Source of the DNA: a virus
Length of the DNA: 64,000 nt
Reading direction: 5' to 3' (one strand)
IMG/VR virus record: IMGVR_UViG_3300046167_000873
Span: 32,001 to 96,000 of that record
In this document: piece after piece, positions 60,030-64,000 of the stretch
Layout: each line of letters starts with the position of its first letter
Numbering within the stretch: position 1 is the stretch's first letter
The notes under the pieces: model-generated
Database searches by the model: none
What the model was told of the DNA's origin: nothing
Seen by the model: only the letters and a program-made list of their open reading frames with translations
Position numbers and translations under genes: made by a program

Positions 60030-62846
60030 TTACGATATTGTGATTGGATAGAAAGTGTTTTCATTTACAAACAATCCAAATTGCTTAATGTTATATTCTG
60101 TACTTGTTCCGGTAGCCGTAATATTAACATTTTCTTCTTGTGTTCCAACATAACCACCGAATGGTTTGCTGCCGGCAACGTGTAGTATTTCAATAAGCGT
60201 CTGCTTATACTTATCGAATGGTAAAGCAGTCAATACCTGATAAGAATATTCTTGATAAAAATTGTTATCTTGAAGATACTTATCTGTTGATAAAAACGAC
60301 TTTTTACTTGGCCAACTACCTTCACCAATTCCTTGCTTACCAAGATAGCCATATGCACTTACTGATCTATTTGAATCTTCACTTGATATAAGAGTAAGTA
60401 CTTCTCCATCTGTAACAACACCGTTGACAAAGCGCTTACCAAAATATCCAAATCCAGAATTAAGAATTCTAAGATCGGTAACGAATCCTTCACCTGAGAA
60501 TGCTTCAGATAGAATATCAGAATTAAGACCAACACGATTCATCATTCGTGTTTCATCAACAACATATACAGATGCAGATACACCTGAGTTTTCACCGGTG
60601 ATTATGTCGTTCCTTCTAAAATCGCGCTCAGTATAAATGTGGCTGTTATCTGTAATATCAGATGATACATTTAATCTTACTGCCCATATCTCACCAGTAA
60701 GAGGCTTATGTTTTAATATCCTTGCTCTTGCAAGAGGATCACCGGTTGGTGTTGTGATAATCTCATTAATACGGAATGCTTTTAATTGAGGTTCTCTTCG
60801 GTATCTAAAATATAGGTCGTATCTTTCCATATGATAATCACGTGGTTCAAATACAACATAATAAGGTGACCGTGAATAGCCTTGACCTGGATCAGTAACA
60901 ACAATAGATTTTAATGAACCTATTTCAACAGCTTCATCTGATATATTTAAAAAGTCGCTAAGTAATGTATTTGCAAATTCTGTAGGTCCAGTTCCTTCTG
61001 AAATATATTGAATCTCAGAATTAGCTGTGTCCCATATAGATGTATTTGCAAGAGTATCAAAGTCGTCGATAACCATCTCTGCTCCACCAGGAAATACCTT
61101 TGGCAAATCATCAATGATTTCTACTGAATCCCAATCTCTTAAAGATTGTTCTTCTTCATATTCAAATACATCGAACTTAGCAACCGTATTAAAACCAAAC
61201 TGGTCAATTGAGCCAGATGTCATTCCAGTATTAGCGTTATATGTATTCGCGTTATTAAATATGTAGTTGTCAGCCTGAAGCTCACCTTCGACACCTACGA
61301 CACCTGCATACGCGTTAGAGACATTGGTTAATGTGAATGCAGTTCTAGATATTGTTTCTTGTCTAAACAATGGTTGATCGTTACGAGGCCAACCAACATT
61401 GCGCACTACGTTAGCATACTTAAGACCATTGACTGTACTAACGTATGTGTTTGAGACTTCAATTTCAGTATACCTTAAAAAGTTTTTTGGATCTTCTTGA
61501 TAAAGTATGTCGCCAGCTACAAGACTAAATTGGTCTTCATTTGAATATTCAATTGTAAATTTATCGTCCCATGCAATAACGTTAGCTTCTGCTTTTGCAT
61601 CAATGACTGCTGAAGTAGTTTCTTGATTTACAGGAATTTCAATTGAATTATTAGAGGCATAAAATGTTGGAATACTATTTCCAAAGAGTGATCTTCCGTC
61701 GACAATGATTTCTCCATTTGAATTTCGTGGATAATCAGTGCCATTGTAGTTTAATGTAATGACGTTATTCTCAGAACTACTATAAACAATATGACCTTCA
61801 AATTCTACGTTTCCAGCAGGATCATCGTTTGTTCGTACTTCAACAATTTCATTTAAATTAAGTGAAAATGCAACATCTGATACATCGGTGTTCGTAATAT
61901 CTACTTTAATTGTCACAAGATCCTGTTCGATCTTGTCAAAAACATATGATGGATCGTGGTTATAGAAATACTTGTCGTCATTAAAAACAATATCATTTAA
62001 TTGTATGACTTTATCTGAACCAATAATCTCTGCTTGGTTTGTATAACCCCAACCACCATCAATAAGAGTAAAGTTAACAACGCCAATATAGTCTGCTGTT
62101 TTACTAACGACTGCTTTTGCTTTTTTACCTTTTCCATCCGAAACATAAACTTGCTCTCCTGATGAAAAGTTAGGAGAACTAAATGTAATTTCAAATGCTG
62201 ATAAAGACCCATCAATTCTTGCTGAGTAGTTATCCGTCAATAATTGTGTAGATATTCTTTCACCGGTTTTAAAGTTACCAGTAACATCTGTAATATATAG
62301 AACTTCAATATATTGATTATCTTTCTTAACACGAACTAGCCGTTCTGCAAATGCACTTGTTGTAGAAACACTACCAAAGACTTGTTCGCCTACAAAATTA
62401 ATGTTATTCTTATTAGGCTTAAGCTCAAGGTATTGTGTGTCTAACCAAGTGTTATCACTAAGTTTAAATAAGTCATCAGCAGGATAATAAACACGAGCTT
62501 CTAGACCGTAAATAAGTTTAAAGAAAAGGTCAACAGCTCTTTCTGTTCCTTTAGCACGATAGAAGTCTAACGCGTTTTTAATGAATAGCTGTTTATTCGT
62601 TGCTGTATTAAATTGAACGTTAGGCAAATACTTGTTTTTAAAATCAATAATAAATTCATCGATTGTTTTATCGATGTCACGATACTCAGGCAAATTACGT
62701 GTATGGTATGCTACTTGATTTTGTTGTTCCATCCACTCATAATACGCCTGTATGAAGGCAATAAACTTATCACCTTCTTCGCGATAGAGCTCTGGAAACT
62801 GTGACTCCAGTAAAGCACTAATATTCTTTTCAATTTCTATAGCCAT
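60030..62846 (-). CDS. gp7: baseplate wedge initiator-like protein
   Basis: QFP...RE....F..F..AYYEW.E, FYRAKGT, LQDN.FYQEYSY; lies between gp6 and gp8. Confidence 0.7.
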   Translation of the reverse strand: MAIEIEKNISALLESQFPELYREEGDKFIAFIQAYYEWMEQQNQVAYHTRNLPEYRDIDKTIDEFIIDFKNKYLPNVQFNTATNKQLFIKNALDFYRAKGTERAVDLFFKLIYGLEARVYYPADDLFKLSDNTWLDTQYLELKPNKNNINFVGEQVFGSVSTTSAFAERLVRVKKDNQYIEVLYITDVTGNFKTGERISTQLLTDNYSARIDGSLSAFEITFSSPNFSSGEQVYVSDGKGKKAKAVVSKTADYIGVVNFTLIDGGWGYTNQAEIIGSDKVIQLNDIVFNDDKYFYNHDPSYVFDKIEQDLVTIKVDITNTDVSDVAFSLNLNEIVEVRTNDDPAGNVEFEGHIVYSSSENNVITLNYNGTDYPRNSNGEIIVDGRSLFGNSIPTFYASNNSIEIPVNQETTSAVIDAKAEANVIAWDDKFTIEYSNEDQFSLVAGDILYQEDPKNFLRYTEIEVSNTYVSTVNGLKYANVVRNVGWPRNDQPLFRQETISRTAFTLTNVSNAYAGVVGVEGELQADNYIFNNANTYNANTGMTSGSIDQFGFNTVAKFDVFEYEEEQSLRDWDSVEIIDDLPKVFPGGAEMVIDDFDTLANTSIWDTANSEIQYISEGTGPTEFANTLLSDFLNISDEAVEIGSLKSIVVTDPGQGYSRSPYYVVFEPRDYHMERYDLYFRYRREPQLKAFRINEIITTPTGDPLARARILKHKPLTGEIWAVRLNVSSDITDNSHIYTERDFRRNDIITGENSGVSASVYVVDETRMMNRVGLNSDILSEAFSGEGFVTDLRILNSGFGYFGKRFVNGVVTDGEVLTLISSEDSNRSVSAYGYLGKQGIGEGSWPSKKSFLSTDKYLQDNNFYQEYSYQVLTALPFDKYKQTLIEILHVAGSKPFGGYVGTQEENVNITATGTSTEYNIKQFGLFVNENTFYPITIS

Positions 62847-64000
62847 TAGATTCTTACTTGTTGTACGTTAATTTGAACATCCGAATCAAGTACTCTTAAT
62901 ATGCTCGTCTGTTGCGACTCAATATCTCTATCTTCTGGTGTAATTGAGAATGTAAGGACACCACCTTCAACTGCTTGGAATGATACATTAGAAAGAATAA
63001 TCACGCCAGTAGCATAATTAACTTCACCGGCTTGTGCAATTGCTACGTGACGATCACCTTCTTCTCTAACTATAACCATGTTGCCTTCGCCGTCATCCTC
63101 AAAGAAACATTCACTATCTTGGAATGTAAACGGAGAACTTGAAACGGCAGCTATGTCGTAAGAAAAATGTGATTTTCTTCCTTGACCAATATCACGTCTA
63201 ATAGGAATATTAAATGCAATCCTATAGTTATTTGATCCGTTAATATCAACAGTTAAAAACTTAGTAGCAAGTACATCAGTATCATTACTCACAATTGATT
63301 GTTGAGAATTATCGATTGCTGAAACGAGTTTACTGTAACGAAGTGTTTTGCCAAAGCCATTAATTTCAGATTCGTTATAACTTTGAATAGAAGATAAAAC
63401 CAAGCTTCGTATATCATCGATATTTAATGATGTTTGGTTAATGTTATATTTAACTGTTGTTCGTATACTAACGTATGTATAGTCAGGTTTAACGAAGACT
63501 GGATCAATAGACAAAGGACTTCTTGGTTTAATAAAAGAATTGTACTTTGTTTTAAATGAAGCTGGTAAGTCATCACTGTTCTTTAAATCAACCGCAACAA
63601 TAACCTTACCATAAAGAGGTGGATCAAATAGTTCTCCACCATATGCAACAACATCGTTAATTTCTGAGAAGTTTGCTTTCAATAAAGTACTATAGTCACT
63701 TGAGGTTACAACACGTTCTTGAGTTGTAAAGGCTCTTGGTGCATTTAACTTAATTGAATTTAAAGATTCTGGTAAAGATCCACCAGACGCAGCAGTATGA
63801 GTTTCAACACTTAAAACAGTTGCTGTATCAATTGAATCGTTTGGAGTAAATCTCTTGATTCCATTTGGCAACTCACCATTACACGTTCTATATTCTATAT
63901 TGACGATTGAATTATCTTTTGGTGGTCTTCCAATGACTCCATCACCAAAGAATATCTCGTAAGTATCCCCTTCAGATGGTTGAATAAAGAAGACCTGTGA
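62846..64000 (-). CDS. gp6: baseplate wedge subunit; begins beyond the right end of the window
   Basis: Frame open to 64000 (YEIFFGDGVIG); ES..SIK.NAP....Q.R.VT..DY, PP.YGKV. Confidence 0.93.
   Translation of the reverse strand, partial: SQVFFIQPSEGDTYEIFFGDGVIGRPPKDNSIVNIEYRTCNGELPNGIKRFTPNDSIDTATVLSVETHTAASGGSLPESLNSIKLNAPRAFTTQERVVTSSDYSTLLKANFSEINDVVAYGGELFDPPLYGKVIVAVDLKNSDDLPASFKTKYNSFIKPRSPLSIDPVFVKPDYTYVSIRTTVKYNINQTSLNIDDIRSLVLSSIQSYNESEINGFGKTLRYSKLVSAIDNSQQSIVSNDTDVLATKFLTVDINGSNNYRIAFNIPIRRDIGQGRKSHFSYDIAAVSSSPFTFQDSECFFEDDGEGNMVIVREEGDRHVAIAQAGEVNYATGVIILSNVSFQAVEGGVLTFSITPEDRDIESQQTSILRVLDSDVQINVQQVRI

Overview
A 64-kb segment of a large T4-like myovirus genome. Essentially all genes are on the minus strand. 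Read in transcription order (right to left): baseplate wedge genes (gp6 partial, gp7-like, gp8), a VrlC/DUF4815-like protein, fibre genes, a Tyr/Pro/Gln-rich repeat protein followed by an overlapping four-gene oxygenase-rich operon, gp13-gp20, a ~10-kb accessory structural module headed by a collagen, gp67-like, gp21-gp23, gp3, uvsY, uvsW, gp55, a carbamoyltransferase/cupin/RuBisCO-like trio, gp47/gp46, peptide deformylase, two dNTP pyrophosphatase-like genes, and a gp42-like dCMP hydroxymethylase that the ORF track missed. The gene order resembles marine T4-like phages. Two candidate novel systems stand out. (1) A 647-aa protein (41710..43653) has two repeat arms that are mirror-complementary unit by unit, like a protein-level reverse complement. 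This implies a very long intramolecular hairpin fibre, possibly modified by the adjacent oxygenases. (2) A possible cytosine hypermodification pathway: a gp42-like enzyme plus a carbamoyltransferase, cupin and RuBisCO-like protein in the slot where T4 has alpha-glucosyltransferase. Three structural genes contain apparent single-base frameshifts, most likely sequence errors. All assignments come from motif recognition by eye; no database searches were run.
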